Assembly: GCA_026388515.1 (NCBI GenBank)
Contig: JAPLJO010000032.1
Span: forward strand, 1 to 62,009
DNA: 62,009 nt
Direction: 5' to 3'
DNA from: Deltaproteobacteria bacterium
GTDB lineage: Bacteria; Desulfobacterota; Syntrophia; Syntrophales; UBA2210
The notes beneath the pieces were generated by a model. That model was not told where the DNA came from and ran no database searches. It saw only the letters and a list, made by a program, of their open reading frames with translations. Position numbers and translations under genes: made by a program. This document shows, one piece after another, positions 24,812-36,823 of this stretch (position 1 is the first letter of the stretch; the number at the start of each line of letters is the position of its first letter).

Positions 24812-25435
24812 ATGCCAGTTCTCAACGTGTACGATATCGATAAGAATGTGGTGGCCGAAATATCACTGAACGATGCAGTATTCGGTGGGCCGGTTCACGA
24901 GCATATAATCTATGAAGTGGTCAGGATGCAGAGAGTCTCCCGGCGACGGGGCACCGCTTCCACCAAGGGCCGCAGCGAGGTGAGCGGTGGCGGCCGGAAG
25001 CCCTGGCGGCAGAAGGGAACGGGCAGGGCCCGCGCGGGTACAACCCGGTCTCCCATCTGGAGGGGCGGCGGCATCACCTTCGGTCCCAAGCCGCGGGATT
25101 ATTCCTATCGGATACCGAAAAAAGTACGGAAGGCGGCGCTCAGATCGGCGCTCAGCATGAAAGTCCAGGAAAACAAGACATTGATTATCAGGGATTTTTC
25201 CATGGACGAAATCAAGACAAAGAAGTTCAAGGAAGTCCTGGACCGGTTTGAGCTGAAAAACACGCTTATCGTCATCGACAGGGAAAATCCGGTGCTGGAG
25301 CTTTCATCGAGGAACCTCCGGGATGTGAAAATGATGCGGGCGGAAGGTATCAATGTCTACGATCTTTTAAAGTATGAAACCCTCGTGCTCCTGGAACCCT
25401 CGGTAAAAATCATAGAAGGGGCGTTGCTGTCATAA
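24812..25435 (+). CDS. rplD: 50S ribosomal protein L4
   Basis: GGGRKPWRQKGTGRARAG. Confidence 0.95.
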   Translation: MPVLNVYDIDKNVVAEISLNDAVFGGPVHEHIIYEVVRMQRVSRRRGTASTKGRSEVSGGGRKPWRQKGTGRARAGTTRSPIWRGGGITFGPKPRDYSYRIPKKVRKAALRSALSMKVQENKTLIIRDFSMDEIKTKKFKEVLDRFELKNTLIVIDRENPVLELSSRNLRDVKMMRAEGINVYDLLKYETLVLLEPSVKIIEGALLS

Positions 25436-25722
25436 TGGATTTATATTCCGTCATCATACGACCGATTGTCACTGAAAAGAGCACCACCGCCAAAGATGAG
25501 GCGAATAAGTATATATTCGAGGTGGATCGAAGGGCGACCAAGGTGGACATCCGCCATGCCGTCGAGAAGATGTTCAGGGTGAAGGTGGCGGAAGTGCACA
25601 CCATCAATATAAGCGGCAAGCGCAAGCGGATGGGAAGAATATTCGGCAAGAGACAGGATTGGAAGAAGGCGATCGTGACTCTGGCGCCGGGAACAAGTAT
25701 CGATATCTTCGAGGGCGTATAA
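25435..25722 (+). CDS. rplW: 50S ribosomal protein L23
   Basis: 1-nt overlap with the rplD stop. IIRPIVTEKS. Confidence 0.95.
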   Translation: MDLYSVIIRPIVTEKSTTAKDEANKYIFEVDRRATKVDIRHAVEKMFRVKVAEVHTINISGKRKRMGRIFGKRQDWKKAIVTLAPGTSIDIFEGV

Positions 25723-25741
25723 CGTATAAGGATTAAGCTAC

Positions 25742-26566
25742 ATGGCAACGAGAGCATATAAGGCAACTTCACCGGGACGGAGATTTCAGACGTCATCGAC
25801 CTTTGCGGAAATTACCAAGACGGAGCCGGAAAAGCGTCTGGTGAAATCGCTGCAGAGGACCGGCGGCCGCAATAACCTAGGCCGCATCACCAGCAGGCAT
25901 ATCGGCGGCGGGCACAGGAGAAAATTCAGGATTATCGATTTCAGGCGGGACAAGATGGACATTCCGGCGCGCGTGGCGGCGATTGAATACGACCCGAACC
26001 GTTCATCACGCATCGCACTGCTCCATTACGCCGACGGGGAGAAGCGGTATATTATTGCGCCTCTGGGACTCCAGGTGGGGGCGACGATCGTGAGCAGCGA
26101 GAAGGCGGACATCAAGGACGGCAACACCATGCCGCTTCGAAGCATCCCCCTGGGCACCCTCATACACAACCTGGAACTCAAGATCGGCAAGGGGGGGCAG
26201 ATTATCAGGAGCGCCGGCTCCTTCGGCCAGCTCATGGCGAAAGAGGGCAGTTACGCGCAGATACGGCTGCCTTCCGGGGAAGTGAGGAAAATCCACATCG
26301 AATGCCGCGCCACGATCGGACAGGTGGGAAATATCGACCACGAAAACATCAAAATCGGCAAGGCGGGAAGAAACCGCTGGCTCGGCAAAAGGCCCAAGGT
26401 GCGCGGTGTCGCCATGAATCCCGTTGATCATCCCATGGGCGGCGGTGAAGGAAAATCATCAGGCGGCAGGCATCCCTGTACTCCCTGGGGTGTGCCGACG
26501 AAGGGATACAAGACGAGGAAGCGGAAACCTTCCGACAAGTACATAGTAAAAAAGAGAGGTAAGTAA
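25742..26566 (+). CDS. rplB: 50S ribosomal protein L2
   Basis: GGGHRRKFR... and [18 protein letters not shown]. Confidence 0.97.
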   Translation: MATRAYKATSPGRRFQTSSTFAEITKTEPEKRLVKSLQRTGGRNNLGRITSRHIGGGHRRKFRIIDFRRDKMDIPARVAAIEYDPNRSSRIALLHYADGEKRYIIAPLGLQVGATIVSSEKADIKDGNTMPLRSIPLGTLIHNLELKIGKGGQIIRSAGSFGQLMAKEGSYAQIRLPSGEVRKIHIECRATIGQVGNIDHENIKIGKAGRNRWLGKRPKVRGVAMNPVDHPMGGGEGKSSGGRHPCTPWGVPTKGYKTRKRKPSDKYIVKKRGK

Positions 26567-26569
26567 GGC

Positions 26570-26851
26570 GTGGCGCGTTCATTAAAGAAGGGCCCCTATA
26601 TTGAGGAGAAACTGCTGAAGAAGGTAAGGAACGCTGAAGCGACAGGGAACAGGGCCGTGATAAAAACGTGGTCCCGGCGTTCCACCGTCGTGCCCGAGCT
26701 GGTGGGATTCACATTCGCCGTGCACAACGGAAAGAAATTCATCCCCGTCTATGTGACGGAGGACATGGTGGGACACAAGCTGGGCGAATTTGCGCCGACG
26801 AGAACCTTTTTCAGTCATGCCGGAGACAAGAAGACCCGGGTGAAGAAATAA
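26570..26851 (+). CDS. rpsS: 30S ribosomal protein S19 (GTG start)
   Basis: [10 protein letters not shown]... and FAVHNGKKF. Confidence 0.95.
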   Translation: MARSLKKGPYIEEKLLKKVRNAEATGNRAVIKTWSRRSTVVPELVGFTFAVHNGKKFIPVYVTEDMVGHKLGEFAPTRTFFSHAGDKKTRVKK

Positions 26852-26878
26852 CAACGACACGGGGAGTGTGAAAGGCTC

Positions 26879-27211
26879 ATGGAAGCGAGAGCTATTGCAA
26901 AATACGTTCGCATATCGCCGCAGAAAGCCAGGCTGCTGGTGGATCTGATACGGGGTAAGAGCGTTCAGGAAGCGAAGACGATACTTACGTTTACACGGAA
27001 GAAGGCCGCACCCATCGTGGGCAAGGTGCTCAAGTCGGCGGTAGCGAATGCGACCCAGAACCCCAACATTGATGAAAACATACTCTTTGTGAAGGAAATA
27101 TTCGTGGGTGCAGGCCCCACACTGAAGCGGTCGCGTGCGCGTGCGCAGGGCAGGGTCGCTCCCATCAGAAAGAGAACGAGCAACATAACCGTCGTTGTGG
27201 ACGAACGGTAA
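26879..27211 (+). CDS. rplV: 50S ribosomal protein L22
   Basis: [17 protein letters not shown]. Confidence 0.95.
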   Translation: MEARAIAKYVRISPQKARLLVDLIRGKSVQEAKTILTFTRKKAAPIVGKVLKSAVANATQNPNIDENILFVKEIFVGAGPTLKRSRARAQGRVAPIRKRTSNITVVVDER

Positions 27212-27229
27212 TCGCGAGGAGGTGAAGGC

Positions 27230-27877
27230 TTGGGTCAGAAGGTACATCCCGTCGGTTTCAGGCTGGGGATCATCAAGACATGGGATTCGAAATGGTTCGC
27301 CGAGCGGAATTACAGCAAACTCCTGCACGAGGACATACGGGTGCGGGAACACGTGAAGAAGAAATTTTTCCATGCGGGGATCGCGAAGATTGAGATAGAG
27401 AGAGCGGCCGACAAGGCGAAAATCAACATCCATACGGCCCGGCCCGGTATTATCATCGGAAGGAAGGGAACGGAAATCGAAAAGGTCAAGAAGGACCTTG
27501 AAAAAATCATGTCGGGCGAGGTCATCATCAACATACTCGAGGTGCGCAAGCCCGAGATCAACGCTCAGCTGGTGGCCGAGAATATCGCCCTTCAGCTCGA
27601 GCGGCGCGTCGGTTTCAGGAGAGCGATGAAGCGCGGTGTGCTCACGGCGATGAAGTTCGGCGCCCAGGGGATAAGGGTTGCCTGCGCGGGAAGGCTTGGC
27701 GCCTCCGAAATGGCCCGTCGGGAGTGGTACCGCGAAGGACGCGTTCCTCTCCACACGCTCCGGGCCGACATCGACTACGGTTTTTCAGAAGCCAGGACGA
27801 CCTACGGTGCAATTGGGGTCAAGGTCTTGATATTTCATGGTGAGGTGATGCCCGAGAAGAAAGAATCCGTCATGTAG
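27230..27877 (+). CDS. rpsC: 30S ribosomal protein S3 (TTG start)
   Basis: [12 protein letters not shown]... with KH domain. Confidence 0.95.
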   Translation: MGQKVHPVGFRLGIIKTWDSKWFAERNYSKLLHEDIRVREHVKKKFFHAGIAKIEIERAADKAKINIHTARPGIIIGRKGTEIEKVKKDLEKIMSGEVIINILEVRKPEINAQLVAENIALQLERRVGFRRAMKRGVLTAMKFGAQGIRVACAGRLGASEMARREWYREGRVPLHTLRADIDYGFSEARTTYGAIGVKVLIFHGEVMPEKKESVM

Positions 27878-27922
27878 CAGGTGGCGGAAGCGGCATCATA
27901 AGCACGGGATGGAGTGACGGTA

Positions 27923-28345
27923 ATGCTGGCACCGAAAAGAGTTAAGTTCAGAAAGGTTCAGAAGGGCCGCGTCAAGGGGACGGCCCAGAAGCAGAATAAA
28001 ATCGACTTCGGAGAGTACGGACTCCAGTCAATGGAATGCGGGCGGATTTCAGCACGGCAGATTGAAGCGAGCCGCGTGGCGATTACGCGCCGGATGAAGC
28101 GTGGCGGGAAGGTCTGGATACGGATATTCCCCCATAAGTCCATCACCAAGAAGCCCGCGGAAACCCGAATGGGGAAAGGGAAGGGAACGCCGGAAGACTG
28201 GGTTGCCGTGGTAAAGAAAGGCACCGTCCTCTTTGAAATGGAAGGCGTGCCGAAGGATGTCGCCTACGAGGCGCTCAAACTCGCCGCCCAGAAGCTTCCT
28301 CTGTCGACGAAAATTCTCTCGAGGGACATTTTTGATGAAGATTAA
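27923..28345 (+). CDS. rplP: 50S ribosomal protein L16
   Basis: [16 protein letters not shown]. The track ORF starts at GTG 27914. Confidence 0.95.
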   Translation: MLAPKRVKFRKVQKGRVKGTAQKQNKIDFGEYGLQSMECGRISARQIEASRVAITRRMKRGGKVWIRIFPHKSITKKPAETRMGKGKGTPEDWVAVVKKGTVLFEMEGVPKDVAYEALKLAAQKLPLSTKILSRDIFDED

Positions 28346-28523
28346 GGATATCAGAGATCTCAGCGTGGAAGAACTGAAACAGAAGGGGAAAAGCCTCTCT
28401 GAGGAGTTTTTCAAACTTCGTTTCCGGCTGTCAGGGGGACAGCTGGAATCCCCTGCGGTGGTCAAGAAGGTGCGCAGAGACATTGCCCGGGTGAAGACGG
28501 TTCTCAGGGAAAGGGGGTTGTAA
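28335..28523 (+). CDS. rpmC: 50S ribosomal protein L29
   Basis: [17 protein letters not shown] at the internal ATG. Overlaps the rplP end by 11 nt. Confidence 0.9.
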   Translation: MKIKDIRDLSVEELKQKGKSLSEEFFKLRFRLSGGQLESPAVVKKVRRDIARVKTVLRERGL

Positions 28524-28530
28524 CGCGCAT

Positions 28531-28791
28531 ATGGCGGACAAGAGAGGTAAGAAAAAGACCCTTCAGGCGGTAGTGGTGAGCAATAAAATGGATAAAACCG
28601 TCGTCGTCATGACGGAACGACTGGTCAAGCATCCTAGATTCCATAAATATTTGAAGAAGCACGCCAGGTATAAAGCCCACGACGAACTCAACACGTGCGG
28701 CGTGGGAGACAAGGTGCTCATCGTGGAATCACGGCCTCTCAGCGGTGAGAAGAGGTGGCGGGTCCGGGAGATTCTGGAAAAGGCGAAGTGA
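28531..28791 (+). CDS. rpsQ: 30S ribosomal protein S17
   Basis: [14 protein letters not shown]... and HDELN. Confidence 0.95.
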   Translation: MADKRGKKKTLQAVVVSNKMDKTVVVMTERLVKHPRFHKYLKKHARYKAHDELNTCGVGDKVLIVESRPLSGEKRWRVREILEKAK

Positions 28792-28817
28792 CGCGACAGT
28801 GCGGAGTGTGGTGAGCT

Positions 28818-29186
28818 ATGATACAAATGCAAACCCTTTTGAATGTGGCTGATAACTCAGGTGCCAAGAAGGTCAGCTGCATAAAGGTTCTTGGCGGCAC
28901 GAGGAAACGGTATGCCCGTGTCGGCGACATCATCGTGGTGTCCATCAAAGAGGCGATTCCCAATTCCAAGGTGAAAAAAGGAGACGTGGTGAAGGCCGTC
29001 GTGGTGCGGACCATAAAGGAAATCGGCCGCGAGGACGGTTCATACGTGAGATTCGACGACAATTCGGCGGTCCTCATCAACGAAGCGATGGAACCGCTGG
29101 GAACGCGCATATTCGGCCCCGTGGCCAGGGAGCTGCGGGCGAAGCAGTTCATGAAGATCATATCGCTGGCCCCTGAGGTCATATAA
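28818..29186 (+). CDS. rplN: 50S ribosomal protein L14
   Basis: [17 protein letters not shown]. Confidence 0.97.
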   Translation: MIQMQTLLNVADNSGAKKVSCIKVLGGTRKRYARVGDIIVVSIKEAIPNSKVKKGDVVKAVVVRTIKEIGREDGSYVRFDDNSAVLINEAMEPLGTRIFGPVARELRAKQFMKIISLAPEVI

Positions 29187-29212
29187 CCCTGCACGATGAA
29201 CGTAGGTGTGAA

Positions 29213-29533
29213 ATGCAAGGATTAAACATAAAAAAAGGTGACACGGTGAAGGTCGTGGCCGGCAAGGAAAAAGGCAAGACCGGCAAGGTCGTCAAGGTGG
29301 TGCACGAAGACGGCCACGTGGTGATTGAAAAAGTGAATTTCGTCAAACGGCACCAGCGCGCGAACATGAAGTCGAAAGGCGGTATCGTCGAAAAAGAGGC
29401 CCCCATTCACCTGTCGAACGTGATGGTGATCTGCCACAAATGCAACAAGGGCGTGCGGATAGGGCACCGGGTACTTGAGGACGGCAAGAAGGTTCGTGTG
29501 TGCAGGAAGTGCAACGAGATATTGGATGAGTAA
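29213..29533 (+). CDS. rplX: 50S ribosomal protein L24 (Cys4 C-terminal variant)
   Basis: [21 protein letters not shown] motif. C-terminal CHKC...CRKC, as in Thermus-type L24. Confidence 0.95.
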   Translation: MQGLNIKKGDTVKVVAGKEKGKTGKVVKVVHEDGHVVIEKVNFVKRHQRANMKSKGGIVEKEAPIHLSNVMVICHKCNKGVRIGHRVLEDGKKVRVCRKCNEILDE

Positions 29534-29546
29534 ACCGGAGAAACCG

Positions 29547-30086
29547 ATGGCGCGATTAAAGGATTACTACGAGAAAGAAGTTGTTCCCGCTCTTATACAG
29601 GAGTTCAAGTACAAGAACAGGATGGAAGTCCCCCGAATGGAGAAAATCGTTGTTAACATGGGACTGGGGGAAGCGATTCAGAATATCAAGATTCTCGACA
29701 GTGCGGTAGATGAACTCGGGAGAATCGTGGGACAAAGGCCGGTGATTACCAAAGCCCGGAAATCAATTGCCACCTTCAAGCTCCGGAAGGGAATGTCCAT
29801 CGGGTGCGTGGTCACCCTGCGGCGGGAGCGGATGTACGAATTCTTCGACCGCCTGATGAATGTCGCCGTCCCCCGGATACGGGATTTCAGGGGATTGCCG
29901 CCGAAATCCTTTGACGGCAGGGGAAGCTTTTCCATGGGAATCAACGAACACTATATTTTCCCCGAGATCGAATACGATAAAATTGACAAAGTGAAAGGCC
30001 TGAATATCACGATCGTGACCACGGCAAAGAACGATGATGAAGCCCGGCGGTTCTTGCAGTTGATGGGAGTGCCGTTCAGAAAATAG
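29547..30086 (+). CDS. rplE: 50S ribosomal protein L5
   Basis: [16 protein letters not shown] at the internal ATG of the track ORF. Confidence 0.95.
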   Translation: MARLKDYYEKEVVPALIQEFKYKNRMEVPRMEKIVVNMGLGEAIQNIKILDSAVDELGRIVGQRPVITKARKSIATFKLRKGMSIGCVVTLRRERMYEFFDRLMNVAVPRIRDFRGLPPKSFDGRGSFSMGINEHYIFPEIEYDKIDKVKGLNITIVTTAKNDDEARRFLQLMGVPFRK

Positions 30087-30098
30087 GGAGGAGTGAGA

Positions 30099-30284
30099 GT
30101 GGCGAAGAAATCCTTGATTACGAAGGCCAAGAGAGAAAATAAATTTTCCGTGCGGGATTATAACCGCTGCCCCCTGTGCGGGAGGCCGCGGGCGTATTAC
30201 CGGAAATTCGATATGTGCAGGATCTGTCTCAGGAAACGTGCCCTCCAGGGTGAACTCCCGGGGGTCATAAAAGCAAGCTGGTAA
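30099..30284 (+). CDS. rpsN: 30S ribosomal protein S14, Zn-binding type Z (61 aa)
   Basis: [10 protein letters not shown]...[23 protein letters not shown] at 30099 follows GGAGG; the track ORF starts at GTG 30093. Confidence 0.9.
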   Translation: MAKKSLITKAKRENKFSVRDYNRCPLCGRPRAYYRKFDMCRICLRKRALQGELPGVIKASW

Positions 30285-30296
30285 AGGAGAAGTATA

Positions 30297-30704
30297 ATGG
30301 GGATGACCGATCCTATTGCCGACATGTTGACGAGAATCAGGAACGCCAGCCGGATCAGATTTAAAAGCGTTGACGTACTCATGTCGGGAGTGAATCTAAG
30401 TATTGCAGAAACCCTGAAGAAAGCGGGCTACATCAGCGGGTATGAGGTGGTGAAAGGCGAAAAGAAAACCCACAGCATGCTGAAAATCTACCTCAAGTAC
30501 TCCCCCGCCTCGAAGGAAGGTATTATTAAAAATATCCAGCGTGTCAGCAAGCCGGGCAGGCGTGTCTATGCCAACAGTCGCAAAATTCCCACGGTACTCA
30601 ACGGGTACGGCATCGCCATAGTGTCGACGTCGAGGGGTGTTTTGACCGACAAGGAGGCCCGCGGGCTGAACGTGGGTGGTGAGATTCTCTGCAACGTGTG
30701 GTAG
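30297..30704 (+). CDS. rpsH: 30S ribosomal protein S8
   Basis: TDPIADMLTRIRNA. Confidence 0.95.
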   Translation: MGMTDPIADMLTRIRNASRIRFKSVDVLMSGVNLSIAETLKKAGYISGYEVVKGEKKTHSMLKIYLKYSPASKEGIIKNIQRVSKPGRRVYANSRKIPTVLNGYGIAIVSTSRGVLTDKEARGLNVGGEILCNVW

Positions 30705-30741
30705 CGGGAAGTCAGGAAGAGGTAAGGCGGGAGATTGATTC

Positions 30742-31281
30742 ATGTCAAGAATTGGCAAGAAACCGATAGAAATACCGGCCGGCGTATCCGTAAAAGTTGA
30801 ACAAGCGGTCATCACCGTGACGGGTCCGAAGGGTAGCCTTTCCCGGACACTTCCCGGCAATGTCGAGGTGGCCGTCGAAGGGGGATCCGTACAGGTCGTC
30901 AGGATGAATGACGAGAAAAGCGGCAGGTCAGAACACGGGCTCACCAGAACGCTGGTGGCCAACATGATCGCCGGTGTCAGCAAGGGTTTTGAAAAGGGGC
31001 TCGAAATCGTCGGCGTGGGATACCGCGGTGAAATCGATGGCCGGACGCTGAAGCTCCTGATCGGATTTTCAACCCCCGTGCTCTTCGCGATACCCGATGG
31101 TGTGTCCATCAAGGTCGAGAAACAGACCGGACTGACGGTTTCGGGAATCAACAAGGAGCTCGTCGGCATGGTGGCCGCAGAAATCAGGGACCTGAAGAAG
31201 CCCGAGCCCTACAAGGGCAAGGGGATACGGTATGTGAACGAACGGGTACGCAGAAAAGTCGGTAAGTCTGCGGGAGCATAA
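30742..31281 (+). CDS. rplF: 50S ribosomal protein L6
   Basis: MSRIGKKPIEIPAGV. Confidence 0.95.
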   Translation: MSRIGKKPIEIPAGVSVKVEQAVITVTGPKGSLSRTLPGNVEVAVEGGSVQVVRMNDEKSGRSEHGLTRTLVANMIAGVSKGFEKGLEIVGVGYRGEIDGRTLKLLIGFSTPVLFAIPDGVSIKVEKQTGLTVSGINKELVGMVAAEIRDLKKPEPYKGKGIRYVNERVRRKVGKSAGA

Positions 31282-31304
31282 TCTTAAAGTACAGGGGAAT
31301 TGCA

Positions 31305-31673
31305 GTGGCATCGTTGAAGAAGCTGAAAAAGGTAAGAACGCGAAGGATCCGGAGAGTCCGGAGCAGGATGGTCGGCACGAAGGAAAAACCGCGGCTCTCC
31401 GTATCTCGGAGCGCCCGGTCAATATCCGTCCAGGCAATTGCCGATGATGTGGGCAGCACCATCGCCGCCGCTTCCACGCTCTGCAAAGAGCTCCGCGGAA
31501 AGCTGGCGGGAATGAAAAAGAAAGACCAGGCGAAGGAAGTGGGGAAGCTGCTCGCACAACGACTGCGGGCACTGAATGTGCAGAAGGCCGTTTTTGACCG
31601 GGGCAGGTTTCTGTATCACGGAAGGGTAAAAGCCCTTGCCGAAGCGGTAAGAGAATCAGGCATCACGATCTAA
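31305..31673 (+). CDS. rplR: 50S ribosomal protein L18 (GTG start)
   Basis: [16 protein letters not shown]... and [17 protein letters not shown]. Confidence 0.95.
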   Translation: MASLKKLKKVRTRRIRRVRSRMVGTKEKPRLSVSRSARSISVQAIADDVGSTIAAASTLCKELRGKLAGMKKKDQAKEVGKLLAQRLRALNVQKAVFDRGRFLYHGRVKALAEAVRESGITI

Positions 31674-31698
31674 CCATCACAGTGCGGAAAAGGGACTT

Positions 31699-32178
31699 AT
31701 GGAAGAACGAGAACTTCTTGACAAGGTTATAAAGATACGAAGAACGGCGAAGGTCGTCAAAGGTGGAAGGCGATTCAGGTTCAGCGCCGTCGTTGTGGTG
31801 GGTGACGGCAACGGTTCGGTGGGAGTCGGACTGGGCAAGGCACAGGAAGTTCCCGAGGCTATCAGAAAGGGAACGGAGATGGCCAAGAAGAACATGATAA
31901 AGGTATCCCTCAGGGAAGGCACCATCCCCCACGAGATTATCGGGCATTTCGGTGCCGGCAGGGTGCTTTTAAAGCCCGCAGCGCCGGGCACCGGGCTCAT
32001 CGCGGGAGGCGCGGTGCGCGCCATACTCGAAGTGGCGGGCGTACAGAATATCCTGACCAAGTGCCTCGGTTCTCACAATTCCCATAATCTTGTCAAGGCA
32101 ACGATGGCCGGACTGAAAAACCTGCGGAGCCAGGGAGAAATAGCTGCACAGCGCGGCATTGAAATGTCACAGAGCTGA
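31699..32178 (+). CDS. rpsE: 30S ribosomal protein S5
   Basis: [22 protein letters not shown]. Confidence 0.95.
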   Translation: MEERELLDKVIKIRRTAKVVKGGRRFRFSAVVVVGDGNGSVGVGLGKAQEVPEAIRKGTEMAKKNMIKVSLREGTIPHEIIGHFGAGRVLLKPAAPGTGLIAGGAVRAILEVAGVQNILTKCLGSHNSHNLVKATMAGLKNLRSQGEIAAQRGIEMSQS

Positions 32179-32190
32179 GCGAGTGAAGAG

Positions 32191-32397
32191 GTGTGGAAGG
32201 TGGCGAAGCAACTGAAAATCAAACTCATACGGAGTCCCATCGGAAGGCCGCAGAAGCAGCGTGATGTGCTGCGCGGACTGGGACTGAGAAAGATGAACAG
32301 CACGGTGTGTCTGCAGGATACGGTGGAAATCCGGGGCATGGTGAACAAGGTCGCCCACCTGGTATCCGTCCAAGAATGCGAGGGAGATGCACGATGA
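32191..32397 (+). CDS. rpmD: 50S ribosomal protein L30
   Basis: [24 protein letters not shown]. The start may be GTG 32200 rather than 32191. Overlaps the rplO start. Confidence 0.9.
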   Translation: MWKVAKQLKIKLIRSPIGRPQKQRDVLRGLGLRKMNSTVCLQDTVEIRGMVNKVAHLVSVQECEGDAR

Positions 32398-32834
32398 AAC
32401 TGAACGAATTGAAACCCTCCCCGGGTTCACGGAAGAAGAGAAAAAGGATCGGCCGCGGCAACGGTTCGGGGCACGGCGGGACCTCATGCAAGGGCGCCAA
32501 GGGCCAGAAGGCCCGCGCGGGCGGCAGGACGAGGCCCGGATTCGAGGGCGGGCAGATGCCGCTGACGCGGCGACTGCCGAAACGCGGTTTTTTCAACCCC
32601 TTCCGGAAGGAAATCGTCATCGTCAATATCGGGCAGCTCGGCCGGTTCCCCCAGGGGACGGTGGTGGACGCGGCGGCGCTCCTTGAGAAGGGAGTCATCC
32701 GCACGGAAGGTGACGGCATCAAGATTCTCGGCAAAGGAACCATTGAGTACCCCCTGACGGTGAAAACGAACTGGATAAGCCGCCAGGCACGGGAAAAGAT
32801 TGAAGCGTCAGGCGGAACGGTAGAGGTCATATAA
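32394..32834 (+). CDS. rplO: 50S ribosomal protein L15
   Basis: [28 protein letters not shown] at the internal ATG of the track ORF. Confidence 0.95.
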   Translation: MKLNELKPSPGSRKKRKRIGRGNGSGHGGTSCKGAKGQKARAGGRTRPGFEGGQMPLTRRLPKRGFFNPFRKEIVIVNIGQLGRFPQGTVVDAAALLEKGVIRTEGDGIKILGKGTIEYPLTVKTNWISRQAREKIEASGGTVEVI

Positions 32835-32835
32835 A

Positions 32836-34143
32836 TTGTTAGAAGGCTTTAAAAATATTGGGAAGATACCGGAACTGCAGAAGAGGATACTTATCACCTT
32901 TCTTCTTCTCGCGGTGTATCGCGTGGGTGCGCATGTGCCGACGCCGGGTATTGACACCCAGGCACTGGCGGCGTTTTTCGACCAGGCACGGGGCTCTCTC
33001 CTGGGGCTCTTTGACATGTTCGCTGGAGGGGCGCTCTCCCGGCTCTCGGTTTTTGCCCTGGGCATCATGCCGTACATCAGCGCGTCCATCATCCTGCAGC
33101 TCTTGACCGTCGCCGTTCCCTATCTTGAAAAACTCTCGAAAGAAGGCGAGGCGGGGCGGAAGAAAATCATCCAGTACACGAGGTACGGGACGGTGCTCCT
33201 GAGCATCATCCAGGGATTCGGTATCGCCGTCGGCCTCGAGAACATGGCCGGTCCCACGGGACTTTCAGTCGTCATCACGCCGGGCTGGGCGTTCCGTTTC
33301 ATGACGGTTATCACGCTCACGGCGGGAACGGCGTTCATCATGTGGCTCGGCGAACAGATTACGGAGCGGGGCATCGGAAACGGCATCTCCCTCATCATTT
33401 TCGCGGGCATCGTGTGCCGGGGGCCCGAGGCGGTGCTGAACACCATACGGCTCTTCTCCACCGGTGAAATGGGCATCTTTTTTGTTATCCTTCTCATTGT
33501 CCTCATGGTGGGCGTGATAGGGCTCATTGTATTCGTCGAGTCCGGCCAGCGGCGTATTCCCGTCCAGTACGCGAAGCGAATCGTGGGACGCCGCATGTAC
33601 GGCGGTCAGACCACCCATCTTCCCCTGAAAATCAACACCTCCGGCGTGATCCCGCCGATATTTGCGTCGTCCATTATCATGTTTCCCGCGACGATCGCCA
33701 ATTTCGTGCCGCACCCCTGGATGAAGGCGATGTCGGCCTATCTCATGCCGGGACGTCTTGTGTATGAACTGCTCTACGTAACGCTCATTATTTTCTTCTG
33801 CTATTTTTATACCGCAGTGACCTTCAATCCCGTGAATGTGGCCGACAACATGAAAAAGTACGGCGGCTATGTACCGGGAATCCGCCCGGGCAAGAAGACC
33901 GCCGAATATATCGACGATGTACTGACGAGACTCACGTTCAGCGGTGCGCTCTATGTGTCCGCCGTGTGCGTGCTGCCGAGCATCCTGATAGGCAAGTTCA
34001 ACGTACCCTTTTTCTTCGGCGGCACGGCGCTCCTGATCGTGGTGGGCGTCGCCCTCGACACGGCAGGCCAGATCGAAACACATCTTCTGACGCGCCAGTA
34101 CGAGGGGTTCATGAAAAAAGGACGGTTGTCGAGGAGGCGGTAA
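32836..34143 (+). CDS. secY: Preprotein translocase subunit SecY (TTG start)
   Basis: 435 aa, 10-TM pattern, [11 protein letters not shown] and [12 protein letters not shown]. Confidence 0.97.
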   Translation: MLEGFKNIGKIPELQKRILITFLLLAVYRVGAHVPTPGIDTQALAAFFDQARGSLLGLFDMFAGGALSRLSVFALGIMPYISASIILQLLTVAVPYLEKLSKEGEAGRKKIIQYTRYGTVLLSIIQGFGIAVGLENMAGPTGLSVVITPGWAFRFMTVITLTAGTAFIMWLGEQITERGIGNGISLIIFAGIVCRGPEAVLNTIRLFSTGEMGIFFVILLIVLMVGVIGLIVFVESGQRRIPVQYAKRIVGRRMYGGQTTHLPLKINTSGVIPPIFASSIIMFPATIANFVPHPWMKAMSAYLMPGRLVYELLYVTLIIFFCYFYTAVTFNPVNVADNMKKYGGYVPGIRPGKKTAEYIDDVLTRLTFSGALYVSAVCVLPSILIGKFNVPFFFGGTALLIVVGVALDTAGQIETHLLTRQYEGFMKKGRLSRRR

Positions 34144-34177
34144 CGGGCGCGTCTTTGCGCTCCAGGAGAATCGGATA

Positions 34178-34927
34178 ATGGTGGTCCTGAAGTCTCCCGA
34201 TGAAATAGGAAAGATACGTCAAAGCAGCATAATCGTTGCCGAGATACTGCAGGGACTGGCCGGACTGGTCAAACCGGGGGCGACAACCCGGGAGCTCAAT
34301 AACTACGCGGAAACGGAGGCGCACAAACGGGGCGCCCGTCCCGCATTCAAGGGATACAACGGATATCCCTTCGCTCTTTGTACATCGCTGAACCAGGAAG
34401 TGGTTCACGGGTTCCCTTCGGAGCATCCGCTGAAGGAGGGTGACATCGTCAGCCTCGATTTCGGCGTCTGCTACAAGGACTATTTCGGTGATTCCGCCGT
34501 GACGCTGCCGGTGGGCCGGATATCGGAGACGGCGGCGAACCTCCTGAGGGCCACCGAGGAAGCGCTCTACCGGGGCATCAATGAGGCAAAGGAGAATAAC
34601 AGGGTGGGTGACATCTCCTTTGCCGTGCAGAATCATGTGGAGCGTCTGGGATTTTCCGTGGTGAGGGAGTATGTCGGCCACGGTATCGGCAGAAAGCTTC
34701 ATGAAGACCCGCCCGTGCCCAATTTCGGGGTGCGCGGCCGCGGCATCGAGTTGAAGCCGGGCATGGTATTCGCCATCGAGCCGATGGTCAATGAAGGGAC
34801 CCATAAGGTGAAAGTAAAACCCGACGGCTGGACGGTCGTGACGGCGGACGGGAAACTTTCCGCCCATTTTGAGCATACCGTGGCGATTACCGAGAACGGG
34901 CCCGAGGTTTTAAGCACACTGGTGTAG
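34178..34927 (+). CDS. map: Type I methionine aminopeptidase
   Basis: VVHGFPS, D..GD metal ligands, GHGIG..HE and FAIEPM. Confidence 0.95.
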   Translation: MVVLKSPDEIGKIRQSSIIVAEILQGLAGLVKPGATTRELNNYAETEAHKRGARPAFKGYNGYPFALCTSLNQEVVHGFPSEHPLKEGDIVSLDFGVCYKDYFGDSAVTLPVGRISETAANLLRATEEALYRGINEAKENNRVGDISFAVQNHVERLGFSVVREYVGHGIGRKLHEDPPVPNFGVRGRGIELKPGMVFAIEPMVNEGTHKVKVKPDGWTVVTADGKLSAHFEHTVAITENGPEVLSTLV

Positions 34928-34958
34928 CGATACGCCACTGACCGAAAGTGAAGACATT

Positions 34959-35177
34959 ATGCCGAAGGAAGAGTCAATTGTTGTTGAAGGTACGGTGATA
35001 GAACCGCTTCCCAACGCCATGTTTCGTGTGGAGCTTGAGAACGGTCATCGCGTACTCGCTCATATTTCCGGCAAGATGCGCATGCACTTTATCAAGATAC
35101 TGCCGGGAGACAAGGTGACCGTTGAATTGTCACCCTATGATCTGACGCGGGGGCGGATTACCTACCGCGCGAAATAA
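34959..35177 (+). CDS. infA: Translation initiation factor IF-1
   Basis: [31 protein letters not shown]. Confidence 0.97.
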   Translation: MPKEESIVVEGTVIEPLPNAMFRVELENGHRVLAHISGKMRMHFIKILPGDKVTVELSPYDLTRGRITYRAK

Positions 35178-35204
35178 TATTCATCGTATCGTGGAGATAC
35201 TACC

Positions 35205-35318
35205 ATGAAGGTACGGGCATCTGTAAAAAAGATATGTGACAAGTGCAAGATTGTACGGCGGCGTGGTGTAATCAGGGTCATCTGTGAGAATCCCAAGCAC
35301 AAGCAGCGCCAGGGATAA
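35205..35318 (+). CDS. rpmJ: 50S ribosomal protein L36 (37 aa, below the ORF-track cutoff)
   Basis: Manual translation gives [37 protein letters not shown]. Confidence 0.9.
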   Translation: MKVRASVKKICDKCKIVRRRGVIRVICENPKHKQRQG

Positions 35319-35335
35319 GACGGGGAGGACGTGAC

Positions 35336-35707
35336 GTGGCACGAATTGCAGGAGTTGATTTACCAAAGAATAAAAGAATGGAAATCGCGCTGACCTACAT
35401 TTACGGTATCGGGCGCGCCAAAGCACGGACGATACTGGAGCAGGCCAGCATCAGTTATGATACCAAGACGGACGCTCTTCTGGACGAACAGATTGCGGCG
35501 ATACGTAACATTATCGACAAGGAACAAAAGGTGGAAGGCGATCTCCGGAGAGAGATTGCCATGTCCGTGAAGCGTCTCATGGATATCGGCAGCTATCGCG
35601 GCCTGAGACACCGCAAGGGACTTCCCGTAAGAGGCCAGAGGACGGGCACGAACGCCCGCACGAGAAAAGGCCCCCGGAGAGCAGTCGGCGGACGCAAGAA
35701 GAAATAG
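35336..35707 (+). CDS. rpsM: 30S ribosomal protein S13 (GTG start)
   Basis: [23 protein letters not shown]. Confidence 0.95.
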   Translation: MARIAGVDLPKNKRMEIALTYIYGIGRAKARTILEQASISYDTKTDALLDEQIAAIRNIIDKEQKVEGDLRREIAMSVKRLMDIGSYRGLRHRKGLPVRGQRTGTNARTRKGPRRAVGGRKKK

Positions 35708-35723
35708 CACGCAGGGAGGAGAA

Positions 35724-36113
35724 ATGGCTCAGCCAAAGAAACGAGGCGTCAAGAGAGACAAAAAAAGCATTTCCGAGGGAATCGCTCATATACAGTCGAC
35801 GTTCAACAATACCATCGTGACGATTACCGACCTCAGCGGAAATGTGATTGCCTGGGCATCTGCCGGCGCACAGGGATTCAAGGGATCGCGCAAGAGCACC
35901 CCCTTCGCGGCCCAGGTGACGGCTTCGGAAGCCGTCAAGAAGGCAAAAGCATTCGGGTTGAGGTCCGTACAGGTGTACATCAAGGGACCGGGCGCGGGAC
36001 GAGAGTCGGCTCTGCGTGCCATCCAGGGAGCGGGAGTGACCATCAGTCTCATCAGGGATGTCACGCCGATACCCCACAACGGATGCCGCCCCCCGAAACG
36101 GAGAAGAGTCTAA
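35724..36113 (+). CDS. rpsK: 30S ribosomal protein S11
   Basis: [18 protein letters not shown]... and [16 protein letters not shown]. Confidence 0.97.
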   Translation: MAQPKKRGVKRDKKSISEGIAHIQSTFNNTIVTITDLSGNVIAWASAGAQGFKGSRKSTPFAAQVTASEAVKKAKAFGLRSVQVYIKGPGAGRESALRAIQGAGVTISLIRDVTPIPHNGCRPPKRRRV

Positions 36114-36161
36114 CTGCGGGCAAGTTGCCACGCATGAATAATTTCCTGATGGAGGAGTATT

Positions 36162-36788
36162 TTGGCACGATATCGAGAGGCGTATTGCAGATTATGCCGG
36201 GCTGAGGGTATCAAGCTGTTTCTGAAAGGCGACAGGTGTTACAGCGACAAGTGCGCCTTTGAGCGGCGGGGATACGTGCCCGGCGAACACGGACAGACGC
36301 GGAAAAAACAGTCCGACTACGGCATTCAGCTGAGAGAGAAACAGAAGCTCAAACGAATGTCCGGTCTTCTGGAGAAACAGTTCAAAGGATATTTTGAAAA
36401 GGCCGACAGGCAGAAGGGTGTGACCGGTACGAATCTGCTGCTCCTGCTGGAGAAACGGCTCGATAATATGGTGTACCGCATGGGATTTGCGAATTCGAGG
36501 AATGAAGCCCGGCAGCTGGTGAGGCACTGTCATTTTCTTGTGAACGGGAAAAGGGTCACCATACCTTCCTTTCAGGTGAAGGTGGGTGATGTCATTCAGG
36601 TTACTGAAAAAAGCCGGAAAGTGACGCGTATCCTCGATGCGATGGAAACGGTCGCCCGGCGCAGTGTTCCCCAATGGCTCGAACTCGACAAAGGCGCCTT
36701 TTCCGGTATGGTGAAGGCCCTTCCCTCACGCGAAGAACTGACAATGCCCATCCAGGAACAGTTGATCGTCGAATTTTATTCTAAATAG
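36162..36788 (+). CDS. rpsD: 30S ribosomal protein S4 (TTG start)
   Basis: [12 protein letters not shown]...DKC Zn motif and S4 RNA-binding domain. Confidence 0.95.
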   Translation: MARYREAYCRLCRAEGIKLFLKGDRCYSDKCAFERRGYVPGEHGQTRKKQSDYGIQLREKQKLKRMSGLLEKQFKGYFEKADRQKGVTGTNLLLLLEKRLDNMVYRMGFANSRNEARQLVRHCHFLVNGKRVTIPSFQVKVGDVIQVTEKSRKVTRILDAMETVARRSVPQWLELDKGAFSGMVKALPSREELTMPIQEQLIVEFYSK

Positions 36789-36823
36789 GAAGTATAACCA
36801 CTTCTTACATAGGAATTGAAAAC

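Noticed and set aside
26582-27754. 390-aa minus-strand ORF across rpsS-rplV-rpsC.
   Set aside because: It is antisense to three highly conserved ribosomal protein genes, so it is a shadow ORF.
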